Source: a virus (taxonomy: Duplodnaviria; Caudoviricetes). From it: 36,346 nucleotides of DNA. Made by a program: the position numbers and the translations under genes. Location of the stretch: positions 1-36,346 of the IMG/VR virus record IMGVR_UViG_3300033489_000034; one strand, 5' to 3'. The notes below the pieces were generated by a model. That model was given only the letters and a program-made list of their open reading frames with translations, had not been told where the DNA came from and did not search any database. This document shows, piece after piece, positions 1 to 9,408 of the stretch; positions within the stretch are counted from its first letter, which is position 1; each line of letters opens with the position of its first letter.

Positions 1-179
1 CCGCCGCCTCCCCCCATGCCCACCCCGGCAGCAACGCCGCCACCGCCGCCGCCGCCGCCGACGAGGAACACGTCGACAGCGAACACGTTCGTCGGGCACA
101 CCCAGTTCGTGGACCCGGTGGTGTACGCGAGCGTGTACTGCAGGAGCGTGGTCGCCCCGGGCGGGAAGGTGCTAGACAT
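1..179 (-). CDS. Glycine-rich minor tail/fibre protein, N-terminal part (runs off window)
   Basis: Hand translation from ATG 179: MSSTFPPGATTLLQYTLAYTTGSTNWVCPTNVFAVDVFLVGGGGGGGG, typical of Gly-rich fibre domains. Overlaps the stop of the upstream gene. Confidence 0.7.
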   Translation of the reverse strand, partial: MSSTFPPGATTLLQYTLAYTTGSTNWVCPTNVFAVDVFLVGGGGGGGGVAAGVGMGGGG

Positions 180-492
180 CGATGAGCACCCCACTGATCG
201 TGACGTCCACAACGGACGCCGTCGATGCGCCGCCCTTGATGGTCCCGGCGGCGGCGATGACCTTCCTTAGGTCGTTCGGGCCGAGCGTCCACGTCGAGTG
301 CGCGCCGACCGCGACAGCAGAGAACAGATACTTGGCGCCGAGGTTCAGGGTCACGTTCACTGCGGATGCGGACGTGTTCGCGACCGTCACAGACGTGATG
401 ACAGCGAGTTTGCTTGCCCCGACCGTGTACAGGGTCGTGGTGAGTGTGTCCGTCAACGTCGCATCGGCGAACGCTGTTGGTGTGACAGCCAT
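172..492 (-). CDS. Small beta-rich minor tail protein
   Basis: Start at ATG 492 (MAVTPTAFAD), TGATG-coupled to the upstream gene; Thr/Val-rich; tail module. Confidence 0.7.
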   Translation of the reverse strand: MAVTPTAFADATLTDTLTTTLYTVGASKLAVITSVTVANTSASAVNVTLNLGAKYLFSAVAVGAHSTWTLGPNDLRKVIAAAGTIKGGASTASVVDVTISGVLIDV

Positions 493-992
493 CAGGCTTC
501 CGCCCCCATCGCGAGCATGTTGAGTAGGTCCACGGTCGTGGCGATGGAGACGGCAGCCTCGACGACGTCCACCCGCCCGGTCAGGGTGGTTACGTCCGCC
601 TCGACGACGGCCTTCCATGCCTCGTTTGCGGCAAGTAGGACGTACTGCCAGGTGGCATCAACGGTGGATGCCGGGGCGAGATCGGCCAGGTTTACGGTCG
701 CGGCTGAGGCGGACGGGAGTTGGAACTCCCACTCGCGACCGCCCGCGAACAGTTCCGTGACCTGCCACACCCAGCCGGTCGGGTTGGTGGTCGGGTCGTC
801 GGTGACGAGCAGGGACACGGAGAGCGCCCCGGACGCCAGGACCGCGGTGATCGGTGTCGGCGGGACGATGACGTTGCCGCTGGAGTCGTAGACGGTCGCG
901 GACGGCACGAACCTCACCGAACCGGCCACGTTCGTCCCATCCGGGGCCTTGTAGGTGCCGACGACCGTCTTGTACGCGAATGGGGGCGTCAC
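492..992 (-). CDS. Minor tail protein (fibre-anchoring N-terminal-type domain)
   Basis: GTYKAPDG..GSVRF..TDDPTTNPTGWVWQVTE resembles actinophage minor tail N-terminal domains; GTGA-coupled. Confidence 0.7.
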   Translation of the reverse strand: MTPPFAYKTVVGTYKAPDGTNVAGSVRFVPSATVYDSSGNVIVPPTPITAVLASGALSVSLLVTDDPTTNPTGWVWQVTELFAGGREWEFQLPSASAATVNLADLAPASTVDATWQYVLLAANEAWKAVVEADVTTLTGRVDVVEAAVSIATTVDLLNMLAMGAEA

Positions 993-2149
993 GTGACGGC
1001 CCCTTCACCGGGGAGGAGCCGCCTGATCTGTGTCTGCATGATCTCCTCCTGCGTTTTCAGCAGCGAACCGAGCTCCAACGTCGCCTTGGCTCCGGTGTCG
1101 GACCATGTGACGGCTATCTGCTGGATACGGCGTGCCACAACGGATGTCCCGACCGCTGCGGTGAGGATCCTGTCCCCGCACCGGTAGTCGACCCATGGGG
1201 TTGGGTTGTCGGTGCCGTCGGTGACGTCGTGGGTTACCTGGACGTCGGTCTCGTCGTGGGCGGCCAGGTAGAGGTCCCCGATGTCGTTGAGGCTGCCGCT
1301 GGGGGCGTTGGATTCACTGACATACACTTCGCGGTTCCTGCGGTTGGAGAGCACCTGTGTGCGCCGGGCGTTCGCCGCCGCTGCACCCTCGATCACGACG
1401 GCGGTGGCGACACCTCGCCGGGACCTAGCGATCGGTGCCGCGATCAGGTCCCGTGTCGGCCGGAGGATCGTCGGCCCCGGGTTACCGCCCACCCCGTCAA
1501 GGGTCCGGTCAAGGTCTCCGCCGACCTTGAAGATCTCCAAGGCGCGCTGATTCCACCGCCACTCAAGGAGTCGCGCGTCCCGCAAGCCCGTGAGGACGCT
1601 GTGAAGGGTCGTCCCGGCCTTGTAGGTGATCGTGTGGGTGGTGGGCCACGCGTCCCCACCAGCATCCGTTGCCGCCCCGCCAGTGAGGGTGCAACCCTGG
1701 ATCAAGGTCCGGGTCTGCGCGGCATCGAACAGGGTCTTGACGATCTCGCCTGGCGTCTTCGCCGAGAACGCCCACTCGGCTGGGGTCGTCCCGATCCCCC
1801 CCGACGGAATCACCACCGCCTCATCCAAGAGTGCGGTCAGGTCGCGGCACGTGAACTGCCACGGCTCCGACCCTGGATCGTCGCTGATCCGGGTACCAGA
1901 GTCGTCGTCGACCACGAACCACATGGCCGCGACACCCGGCATGATGAGCTTGAGCTGCAGGTCGTCGTCCGTGTCCAACAGAGACGCACCAAGCCCATCC
2001 AGCGGCGCAGTGAACTGCATGGTATTCGCGTCCCCGAACACGTCCGATACCGCCAGCGCCGACGTGAACCCGCCCGGCAACACACCCAGCCCAGTCGACC
2101 CCGTCTCGTCGAACACTTGCAGGATCGGCAGCGGGATCAACGGAGCCAC
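989..2149 (-). CDS. Minor tail / baseplate hub (Tal-like) protein
   Basis: 386 aa, directly after Dit; PWVDYRCGD and LELG motifs near the C-terminus as in siphovirus hub proteins. Confidence 0.75.
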   Translation of the reverse strand: MAPLIPLPILQVFDETGSTGLGVLPGGFTSALAVSDVFGDANTMQFTAPLDGLGASLLDTDDDLQLKLIMPGVAAMWFVVDDDSGTRISDDPGSEPWQFTCRDLTALLDEAVVIPSGGIGTTPAEWAFSAKTPGEIVKTLFDAAQTRTLIQGCTLTGGAATDAGGDAWPTTHTITYKAGTTLHSVLTGLRDARLLEWRWNQRALEIFKVGGDLDRTLDGVGGNPGPTILRPTRDLIAAPIARSRRGVATAVVIEGAAAANARRTQVLSNRRNREVYVSESNAPSGSLNDIGDLYLAAHDETDVQVTHDVTDGTDNPTPWVDYRCGDRILTAAVGTSVVARRIQQIAVTWSDTGAKATLELGSLLKTQEEIMQTQIRRLLPGEGAVT

Positions 2150-3018
2150 TTCCTGCGCGTGGTGAGAGCGACGGTGAACCCCGCCGTCGACCCGGGAGCG
2201 TTGACCGTCACGCTAGGCCCCCGGTTACTGGCGGGGGCGGGCACGATCTCCAGGATCTGTTGCCCCGACAGCACCAAGTCAGTGATGACCGACGTGGCGC
2301 CGTTGAGGGCCGTCCACGCGCCCGCGTCGACGGTGAGAGTGTCCGCCCCAGACAACGCGGTCGCGTACGAGAATCCCTCGCCCGTCTCCGTGTCCGTGAT
2401 CGACAAGGTGGTGCACGGCCCCGTCACCACGATCACCGGGTCAGCGCACGGAGCCGTCTGCCCCACCAGGCTGTACACCTCACAGTCCTGCGAGTTCGCC
2501 CCCGCCACGTCGTACTGCAGTGCGTGCGTGGTCGGGTCGACGTCAGCCCAGAACGCGCCCGGAACCGCAAGCTCCACCGACATCCGGGCCGCCGTGTCAT
2601 CGAGGATGTCGGGGGTGATGACGGTGATGACCTCACAGTCAGCCTGCCGGCGGTCCCCGGACGCGTACACCCGCTCCACAGACAAGGGTTCGTGCCGTTT
2701 ACTGAACAGCCTCAACATCGCGTCAAGGTTCTCCTCGTAGGCGGCCCTCCGTAGCGCCGGGGTGGCTGGGACGTCCCAGCCGTAGGCGCCCGTCCCATTG
2801 ACGGTGATGTTCAACGTCTTCCGGCCTGGCCCGAACTTTTTCCGCCGCCACGACTCCCCGTGCGCGCCAAGGAGGACGGCGTTCGAGCCCCGCACGCCCG
2901 GGGTGTCATCCCATCCCTTGCGGTCGCCGAGGATAACCCCGTTGTCGTCGTTGACGACGCCCCACCTGTCGAGGCGGACGCCATCGATCCACCAGCCCTC
3001 GGCCTTCGTGATCGCCAC
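2137..3018 (-). CDS. Distal tail (Dit-like) protein
   Basis: 293 aa immediately after the tape measure; GAHGESW..FGPG, PGAFW and C-terminal RRKW pattern. Confidence 0.8.
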   Translation of the reverse strand: MAITKAEGWWIDGVRLDRWGVVNDDNGVILGDRKGWDDTPGVRGSNAVLLGAHGESWRRKKFGPGRKTLNITVNGTGAYGWDVPATPALRRAAYEENLDAMLRLFSKRHEPLSVERVYASGDRRQADCEVITVITPDILDDTAARMSVELAVPGAFWADVDPTTHALQYDVAGANSQDCEVYSLVGQTAPCADPVIVVTGPCTTLSITDTETGEGFSYATALSGADTLTVDAGAWTALNGATSVITDLVLSGQQILEIVPAPASNRGPSVTVNAPGSTAGFTVALTTRRKWLR

Positions 3019-3021
3019 CGG

Positions 3022-6000
3022 TTACGCCCCCGCCCGTGAGTAGCCGAGCCGCCGCATCATCCGGGTCGTCGACTCCGACTGTGTCTCAGGTGCCGGGTTG
3101 TACGCGTTCACGGTCAGGTTGGGTCGGTTGTCGACGAGACCACCCTGAGACAGGCGGTCCCACTGTTGGCCCGAGAACACCGGCTCCGGGGTCCGCGACG
3201 CGTTCAACACCGTCGTCAATCCCGGCTGCAACCAGCCACCTTCGTCGTACAACGTCGGGCGCCCGACAAGACCGCCATCCGCGAACCGGGGCACCAGATG
3301 CTTGAGTACCTGCTTCGCGGACCACAGGTCCGATGCCTTCTGGGCGACGGCGTCCACGACCATCCGTGGCATCACGGCGGCCATCTGCCCCCACGGCGTG
3401 CCGCTGATCTGCTTCAGCGGCGCCAGGACGGCAGCGAGAAGCCGCTTAACCGAGTCGACCGGGTGAAGCGGGTCGACACCGAGCCCGCCAGCCTCATCAT
3501 GGCTGCCACCGAGATCCGACAGGAAAAACTCGTGCGGGAACGCCGACGTCGGCTTCGCGCCAGAACCGATGATGATCCCGGATGCCCTGCCCCGCGCCTC
3601 AAACCCGAGCCCGGCCAGGTTGCCGTCCATGTGCGTGTCGCTGACCCCGAACGTGAGCGCGCCGCGCCCCGGCTTGAGCCCAAACCGGCCAGGGTTCGCG
3701 AGCAGACTCAGCGTCGTAAACACGCGCCGGTAGGAGGGGCCACCCGTGACCCTTGAGTAGACCTCCCCGGATAGGCCGGAGCAGTCGTACCCTGACGGCC
3801 CGACGCCACCCCACACGTACGGGAGCGGGTTGACGGACGGAAGCCACGCGCGTGTCGCGTCCACCGCGCCACCGTCCGCGAACCTGCGGACCACAAGCGA
3901 CGACGGGTCGCCCCCGACATCGAGCCGCCCGGAACGGATCAGGTCGAAGAACCCGACCCCGAGCCGCTCCACGATTTGCGCCGGGATGACGTACTCGCCG
4001 TTGGAAAGCCACGCTGGGATGGAGTCGCTTGTGCCCGTCCCGGGACCCCACACGGGTCCGCCGGCAGCGAACGCGTTCCCCGGGCCACTCCCCGGGCCCT
4101 CGGTCGGCTTCGCTGGCCCTTTCCGCCACGGCAGAGTCAGGGTGTCCACTGGCGCGACACCGAACCACGACGCGATCTTGTTCCAGGTACCGATGATCCC
4201 CTTGTTGATCACCGTTTCGATGATGAACTCGATCGGGGTTTTCGCGACGTCAGCGACCATGCCCCAGGCTGCAGCGATGGCCGAAACCCCGGCCCGGAAA
4301 GCGGGGGCGACGTAGGTTGAGATGAAGTCGCCAAGGGCCTGAAAGACAGGCTTGATCTGCCCGTCCCATACAGGCTTAATAACGCTGTCGTAGAGCCAGT
4401 GGAACACCGGGCCGAGGATGTTCAGGACGTACCACTCGATCATCTTGAAAACGACCTGGATGACCGACCATGCGAACTGGATTGCGACACCGATCGCCTG
4501 CCACGCGAACTGGATCGCAGGCCACAAGTACTTCACGAACGCCGGGATCAGGGTGCCCATAACGAACCCGGCGACCGCCTCAAACACAGGCTTGATGATG
4601 TTGTTCCAGGCGAACGCGACGGCGGCGGAGATCCCATTGAACGCTGGGACGATCGCGTTCTGCCACAGCCACATGAACGCCGGAACCAGCTTCGTCATCA
4701 CAAAGTTGGTGATCCACTCGAACGCGGGCTTCAGGACGTTCTGCCACGTCCACGACACCGCCGTCCTGACGGCGTCCCATGTGGCGTCGACCGCGTTCCG
4801 GAACGTCTCGTTGTGCTTGTAAAACTCGAAGATCGCAACACCCCAGGCCACGATCACAGCAATCGCGAACACGACCGCGGCGACGATAAGCCCGATCGGG
4901 TTCGCGGCAGCAGCAGCGTTGAACACCCACTGCGCTACGGCGGCAGCCTTCAACCCAACCACCAGCAGGCCGATCGCCGCCGCAATCGCCTGGATCGAAG
5001 CAGGATCGAGACTGGCTATCCCCCTCATCGCCGACGCGAACCCGTCGAGGATCTTCCCGCCGAGCGGCTCCAACGCACGCCCGACGGTGGCCAGGGCAGC
5101 AGCGAACGCCTTGACCGCGTCGACGACCTTCGGGCCGTCACGGCGGACCGTGGCGAGAAACTCTTGGAACCCCTTGTTGCTGCCTGCGCCCTTCCCGAAG
5201 TCGGCGAACGCCTTCGACGCGTCGAGCAGTCCCTTACCGAAGTCCATCCCGGCCGGGGACATGGCCTGGAACAGTCCCGCGAGACCGGTGACGAGGTTCC
5301 CGATCGTGGCGCCCATCATTTTCAGGGCGGGTGCCGCGGTTTGGTTGACGAAGCTGAAGAACTGCTGCCACCACGGGCCAGCCAGGGCGCGCCCGGACTC
5401 GTCGGCGAGGTCGCCCATCGTCTTCGCGAGGCCCCCGACGAACCCCGTGAACCCGGGAAGGACGGGCAGTAGTGCCTGCATCCCGGACTGCATGCCCGGC
5501 AGGAACCCCCGCTGCGCCTCCGCCGACAGACCAGACAGGGCGTCCTTCATCGGGCCCGTCAGGAACAGGACGAACCGGCGGCCCTCAGGGGTGAGTGCGG
5601 CCATCTTGTCCTGCATCGTCTGCAACGCAGACGACCCCGCCGCACCAGCCGACGTAGACGCCTGCTGTAGGGCCCGCTGCGCCTGGATCACCTGCTGCTG
5701 AGCCTGCGCCACCGACCTAGCCGATTCGCGCTGAGCCTCAGCCGCCGCGGCGACAGCATCCCGGACTTCCTGCTCAGCGTCCTTCTGCCGCAGTTTCGCG
5801 TCAGTGACACCCTTCTGGGCGTCCTGGACCTTCTTCGACCCCTCCACCCCGGCAAGCGCCGACTTGGCTTGCTCCTCAGCGAGTGCCCCGTTCGCGGCCT
5901 GAATGTCCTGCAGGTGCTTCATCGCCTGCAGGTACGCGATCTCCGCCTGCTCCCGCTCCGCAGCGGTCGCGGCCGGGTCGAGGCGGACCCGCTTCAGGTC

Positions 6001-7092
6001 CTCCTCGGCGCGCGCCAGGTCGAGGGCGGCCTGCCGCTGGTCGATGGCACCCTGCAGGATCCGGTCCTGCAGGTCCTCCTGGTCCCCCGCCCATTCGGCG
6101 CGCGCCTCAGCGAGGCGCCGTTCAGCATCAAGGACGGCTTCGGCCGCCTCACGTTCGGTCCTGCGGGCGCGGTCGATGGCCCGGGATGCCTGCTCCATGT
6201 CGCGGCGGCCACTGCGGACAGCCTCAGAGACACCGTCTTGGGCGGCCTTGAGGGCGTCGGACGCGTTCGCGAGCTGCGCGGTCCGGCTGGCTGCGGTCGC
6301 GGCAGTGTTGGCCTGCTTGGACTGGGCCTGAGTGACCGCCGCTACCGCCTGGACGACAGGCCACAGTGCCAGCAGGAGCACCCCGACAGCGCCGGCTGCG
6401 ACCATCGCGCCCATCGCGATCCCAGCCATCGCCCCAGCGCCTGCCGCGCCGATGGGGATGAGCGCCATGCCGAGTGTTGCGATGGCGGCGACCAGCATCC
6501 CGATCGACCGGCCCGCGGAGCCGGACCCGCCGACGTGCACGGACGCCGTCGCCCGGGTAGCACCGAACCGGCGGAGTTGCGCCTGCAGCCTGTCGAGTTC
6601 GGTGCGTGCCTCCGCTGAGTCGACGTCGACCCGGATCCGCGGGCGGATCGCGCCGACCTCACGGAGGAGGGCCCTCAGGCGGGTAAGGTTCGCTACCGCC
6701 CGCTCGACGTCGACGCTGATCGTGATCGCTTTATCGCGGATTGACGCTATCTGCCGCTTCAGCGCCGTGATGGACGCCGAGTCGACTTCCACTCGGACCC
6801 CGACCGTCTGGTCCCGCAGTGCGGCCCGAATCTCGGCGTTCGCGACCCGCGCGAAGTCCTTCCCGAATGTGCGGCCTGCCTTCGCGCCGGCGGCGCCCGC
6901 ACCGTTCGTGCCGCGGTCGATGCCGTCCTTGACGCCGTCGGTGATGAGCCTGCCGATCGCCGAACCCATGGCCCGGCCGATCTTCTCCGCGGCGCGTGTC
7001 GCGGCAGGTGTCACCTCGGCTTCGAGTCGCTGCCCGAACCCGGTGGTGTCGGGGACGACCGTAACCTCAACCTCGCCAGCGAATGTGGCCAT
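3022..7092 (-). CDS. Tape measure protein with C-terminal NlpC/P60-like peptidase domain
   Basis: 1356 aa; Ala-rich coiled coil, hydrophobic segments, periodic Trp/Phe repeats, FAAGG..GTGTSDSIPAWLSNGEYV motif, LPYVWGG..GYDCSG motif. Confidence 0.93.
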   Translation of the reverse strand: MATFAGEVEVTVVPDTTGFGQRLEAEVTPAATRAAEKIGRAMGSAIGRLITDGVKDGIDRGTNGAGAAGAKAGRTFGKDFARVANAEIRAALRDQTVGVRVEVDSASITALKRQIASIRDKAITISVDVERAVANLTRLRALLREVGAIRPRIRVDVDSAEARTELDRLQAQLRRFGATRATASVHVGGSGSAGRSIGMLVAAIATLGMALIPIGAAGAGAMAGIAMGAMVAAGAVGVLLLALWPVVQAVAAVTQAQSKQANTAATAASRTAQLANASDALKAAQDGVSEAVRSGRRDMEQASRAIDRARRTEREAAEAVLDAERRLAEARAEWAGDQEDLQDRILQGAIDQRQAALDLARAEEDLKRVRLDPAATAAEREQAEIAYLQAMKHLQDIQAANGALAEEQAKSALAGVEGSKKVQDAQKGVTDAKLRQKDAEQEVRDAVAAAAEAQRESARSVAQAQQQVIQAQRALQQASTSAGAAGSSALQTMQDKMAALTPEGRRFVLFLTGPMKDALSGLSAEAQRGFLPGMQSGMQALLPVLPGFTGFVGGLAKTMGDLADESGRALAGPWWQQFFSFVNQTAAPALKMMGATIGNLVTGLAGLFQAMSPAGMDFGKGLLDASKAFADFGKGAGSNKGFQEFLATVRRDGPKVVDAVKAFAAALATVGRALEPLGGKILDGFASAMRGIASLDPASIQAIAAAIGLLVVGLKAAAVAQWVFNAAAAANPIGLIVAAVVFAIAVIVAWGVAIFEFYKHNETFRNAVDATWDAVRTAVSWTWQNVLKPAFEWITNFVMTKLVPAFMWLWQNAIVPAFNGISAAVAFAWNNIIKPVFEAVAGFVMGTLIPAFVKYLWPAIQFAWQAIGVAIQFAWSVIQVVFKMIEWYVLNILGPVFHWLYDSVIKPVWDGQIKPVFQALGDFISTYVAPAFRAGVSAIAAAWGMVADVAKTPIEFIIETVINKGIIGTWNKIASWFGVAPVDTLTLPWRKGPAKPTEGPGSGPGNAFAAGGPVWGPGTGTSDSIPAWLSNGEYVIPAQIVERLGVGFFDLIRSGRLDVGGDPSSLVVRRFADGGAVDATRAWLPSVNPLPYVWGGVGPSGYDCSGLSGEVYSRVTGGPSYRRVFTTLSLLANPGRFGLKPGRGALTFGVSDTHMDGNLAGLGFEARGRASGIIIGSGAKPTSAFPHEFFLSDLGGSHDEAGGLGVDPLHPVDSVKRLLAAVLAPLKQISGTPWGQMAAVMPRMVVDAVAQKASDLWSAKQVLKHLVPRFADGGLVGRPTLYDEGGWLQPGLTTVLNASRTPEPVFSGQQWDRLSQGGLVDNRPNLTVNAYNPAPETQSESTTRMMRRLGYSRAGA

Positions 7093-7113
7093 CCCCGATC
7101 ACCTCCCTGGCTT

Positions 7114-7982
7114 CTAGTCGGGTAGCGCAAGTCCCTTGCGGAGTGCTTCAGCGCGCGCCCACGTCTGTGGGGACACGCGTTCACGCAACTCGTCGATCGA
7201 CCGGGGTTTCGCCCGTTTCTCCTCCACGCCCGGCCGTTTCAGCGGTTCGGGGGCCGGAGGCCGTTCGCCCTTCTTCCATTCGGCGAGGACCCACGTCTGC
7301 TGCCGGGTCGCGTCCACTTGGGCGGCGAGGAGCATGTCGGTGCGGGACCACCTGCCGTGGCCCTGATCGGCCGCTTCGGCTGCGAGTTTCGCCCGCACTT
7401 CAGGTGCGAGACTGTCCCTGATCGCCGTCAGGGTGCGGGACTCTTGCGGGAGCTGGTTGATGAGGACCATCAGCCGCCTGGCTGTCAGTTGGCTGGGGCC
7501 GAACCCTGCCCGGTAGTAGTCCCGCAGGTCTACGCCGACATCCGTGAGGTCGGCCTCTAACGCCTGCGCGTGCGACGCGCAGATCGATTCGAGGCCCCGG
7601 ATTCCCCCAGGTCCTGCCCGGAGTCGGCGATGAGGTCGGTGACCCATCGGATGAGGGCGCCGATGTTGGAGTCCCACGCGTCCCATGCGGGCACGTCGTC
7701 CTCGTGGATGACGTCCAAGACGGCCTCGAAGTCGCCGCCGCTGACGATGCGGCGGTACACGCCTCGTGGCCATTCCAGGAACGGGAGGACGCGGACGTCG
7801 TCGCCGGTGGGGAGGGGGACGGTCAGCCACTCCTCAGTGGAGTCGAGGGCCTCCGCCTCGGCTTCGATCCGTTCGACGGCGGAGACGGCTTGCTCGGTGG
7901 CGGTCTGTTGCGTGGTGCGGGTCGCCCGCCGGGTGCGGGGTTTTGGTGCCTGCCTGTCCTGCGGTTCGCGTGGTGTAGCCAT
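7114..7982 (-). CDS. Tail assembly chaperone, long form via -1 frameshift
   Basis: Slippery GGGGGAA at 7608-7602 links ..QDLG to GIRGLESICASHAQALEADL.. in the -1 frame, ending just before the tape measure gene. Confidence 0.8.
7557..7982 (-). CDS. Tail assembly chaperone, short form
   Basis: ATG 7982 with GGGAG RBS; lies between tail tube and tape measure genes. Confidence 0.85.
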   Translation of the reverse strand: MATPREPQDRQAPKPRTRRATRTTQQTATEQAVSAVERIEAEAEALDSTEEWLTVPLPTGDDVRVLPFLEWPRGVYRRIVSGGDFEAVLDVIHEDDVPAWDAWDSNIGALIRWVTDLIADSGQDLGESGASNRSARRTRRR

Positions 7983-8030
7983 GCTGGTCTCCCTGGTGGG
8001 TGTTGTCTCCCTGGTTGGTGTGCATGTTCG

Positions 8031-8067
8031 GCGGGGCGCGGCGCCAGGGAGGGTCACCGCGCCCCGC
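8031..8067 (-). terminator. GC-rich hairpin after the major tail gene
   Basis: Perfect 11-bp inverted repeat GCGGGGCGCGG/CCGCGCCCCGC; no strong U-tract. Confidence 0.45.
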
Positions 8068-8080
8068 GACTGTGGGTGGG

Positions 8081-8677
8081 TCAGCTGGAGGCCAGCGCCG
8101 GGATCAGGTAGTAGGAGTAGATGCTGATGTTGGAGCCGTCCGGGTAGCAGGTGATCTCCCCGGAGTGGGTGATCGGCGCCCCGGCAGCGACCTTCTGCTC
8201 TTTGACGTCCGTGAGTTCGGCGTTGGGGATGACGTGCCGGATGCGGTTGACGTCGTCCACGATGTCGACGACGAACGAGTACCGCTGGACACTGATCACG
8301 CCGCGCTGGATGCTGAAAGCGCCGGTCGCGGACGGTGCGATCGTGCCGAGGTCGAGCCGGTTCACGACCTCCAACACGTCGAGGTTGTGTTCCAGCCATT
8401 CGACGCCGAGAGTCCGCTTCACCGACTTGCAGATCTTCCGGACGACGGACGCGGCCCCGAATGCTTCGACTTCTTCCCAGGATTCGTCCTGGCCGATGGT
8501 GATCCCGTCCGTGCTGACGTAGCCCATCCCGGACCAGGACGCGGACACGACAGACAGGGCTGTGGTCGTGTTGGTGGGGAGAGTCGTGCCGGGGGAGGCG
8601 ACGAAGAGGAGTTCGGCGCCGGTGGTGCCTCCGCCTGATGCGCCAGCGAGGATGAGGTCGGAGTCGGGGTTGGCCAT
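8081..8677 (-). CDS. Major tail (tube) protein
   Basis: 198 aa; WSGMGYVSTDG, EAFGAASVVR and HVIPNAEL motifs; AAGGAG RBS; position before the chaperones. Confidence 0.9.
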   Translation of the reverse strand: MANPDSDLILAGASGGGTTGAELLFVASPGTTLPTNTTTALSVVSASWSGMGYVSTDGITIGQDESWEEVEAFGAASVVRKICKSVKRTLGVEWLEHNLDVLEVVNRLDLGTIAPSATGAFSIQRGVISVQRYSFVVDIVDDVNRIRHVIPNAELTDVKEQKVAAGAPITHSGEITCYPDGSNISIYSYYLIPALASS

Positions 8678-8764
8678 GGTCGTGTCTCCTTGTCTGGGTG
8701 CCGTCTCGCGGCGTGCGTCAGCACCCGGCCGGGAGGAGGGTCGGGTGGAACTCTGGGGGGTTGG

Positions 8765-9190
8765 TTAGGTGAGGGTGCGGCGGGCGGTCACGCGGACGGT
8801 GAGCGTCTGCCGGTACAGGGTCGGGAGGCCGGGGTCGGGCATTTCACCGAGCCCGGTGATGTCTTCGACCCGCTCCACGTACGCGCATGCGTGGGTGGTG
8901 CCGGGAAGCGCATGGAGGACGGCGTGGACGGTGGCCGCGGTGTCGCGTGCGGCTGCTTCGGTGCTGGCCCACACCTGCACGTTGATCATGGCGCGGTCGA
9001 TGCTGCCCCAGAAGACCGGTGTCGCGCCGGGCGGACGGTAGACGGCCACGTACGGGCCCGTGCTGGCGACGAGGGTGGGCAGGTTGTCTTCCACGGCACC
9101 GACCACGGTCACTGTGCCTGGTAGGTCTGGTGAGGCTTGGAGGCCGGTGATGACCGCGAGTTTCGTGTCCGGCAGGAGATTCAGGGTCAC
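8765..9190 (-). CDS. Tail terminator protein
   Basis: 141 aa directly before the tube gene; DRAMINVQVWA..AARD.A and MPDP..LYR patterns; GGAGAG RBS. Confidence 0.8.
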   Translation of the reverse strand: MTLNLLPDTKLAVITGLQASPDLPGTVTVVGAVEDNLPTLVASTGPYVAVYRPPGATPVFWGSIDRAMINVQVWASTEAAARDTAATVHAVLHALPGTTHACAYVERVEDITGLGEMPDPGLPTLYRQTLTVRVTARRTLT

Positions 9191-9214
9191 GCGCTGTCTC
9201 CTCCCGGGGCATGG

Positions 9215-9249
9215 GGAAGGCCCCGGGGTCAGGGGTCCCGGGGCCTTCC
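9215..9249. terminator. Strong intergenic hairpin
   Basis: 13-bp inverted repeat GGAAGGCCCCGGG/CCCGGGGCCTTCC. Confidence 0.55.
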
Positions 9250-9265
9250 GATCGTGATGGCTGGG

Positions 9266-9355
9266 TTAGTTGCAGGCTGAGGCCAGTAACGCCGCCACGG
9301 TGTTCGACGCCTGCGAGTGGAGCTCCACCCCGAGGCCGTCGTAGAGCATCGTCAT
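9266..9355 (-). pseudogene. 29-codon ORF or C-terminal remnant of a lost gene
   Basis: MTMLYDGLGVELHSQASNTVAALLASACN*, GC3-rich codons, frame open a further 13 codons upstream, no RBS, followed by a hairpin. Confidence 0.3.
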
Positions 9356-9371
9356 ATACTGGCGCGTCACG

Positions 9372-9401
9372 TTGACGCGTGTTCCATTGGTGGATCATGA
9401 T
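9372..9401 (+). promoter_or_regulatory. Putative sigma70-type promoter for a leaderless HNH mRNA
   Basis: TTGACG-18 nt-CATGAT, with ATG 9409 seven nt downstream; palindrome CGCGTCA-cgt-TGACGCG (9363-9379) overlaps the -35. Confidence 0.5.
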
Positions 9402-9408
9402 TAGACGT

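Noticed and set aside
9266-9355. tmRNA tag reading frame
   Set aside because: Peptide ends ASACN, not ALAA-like, and no tRNA-like domain flanks it.
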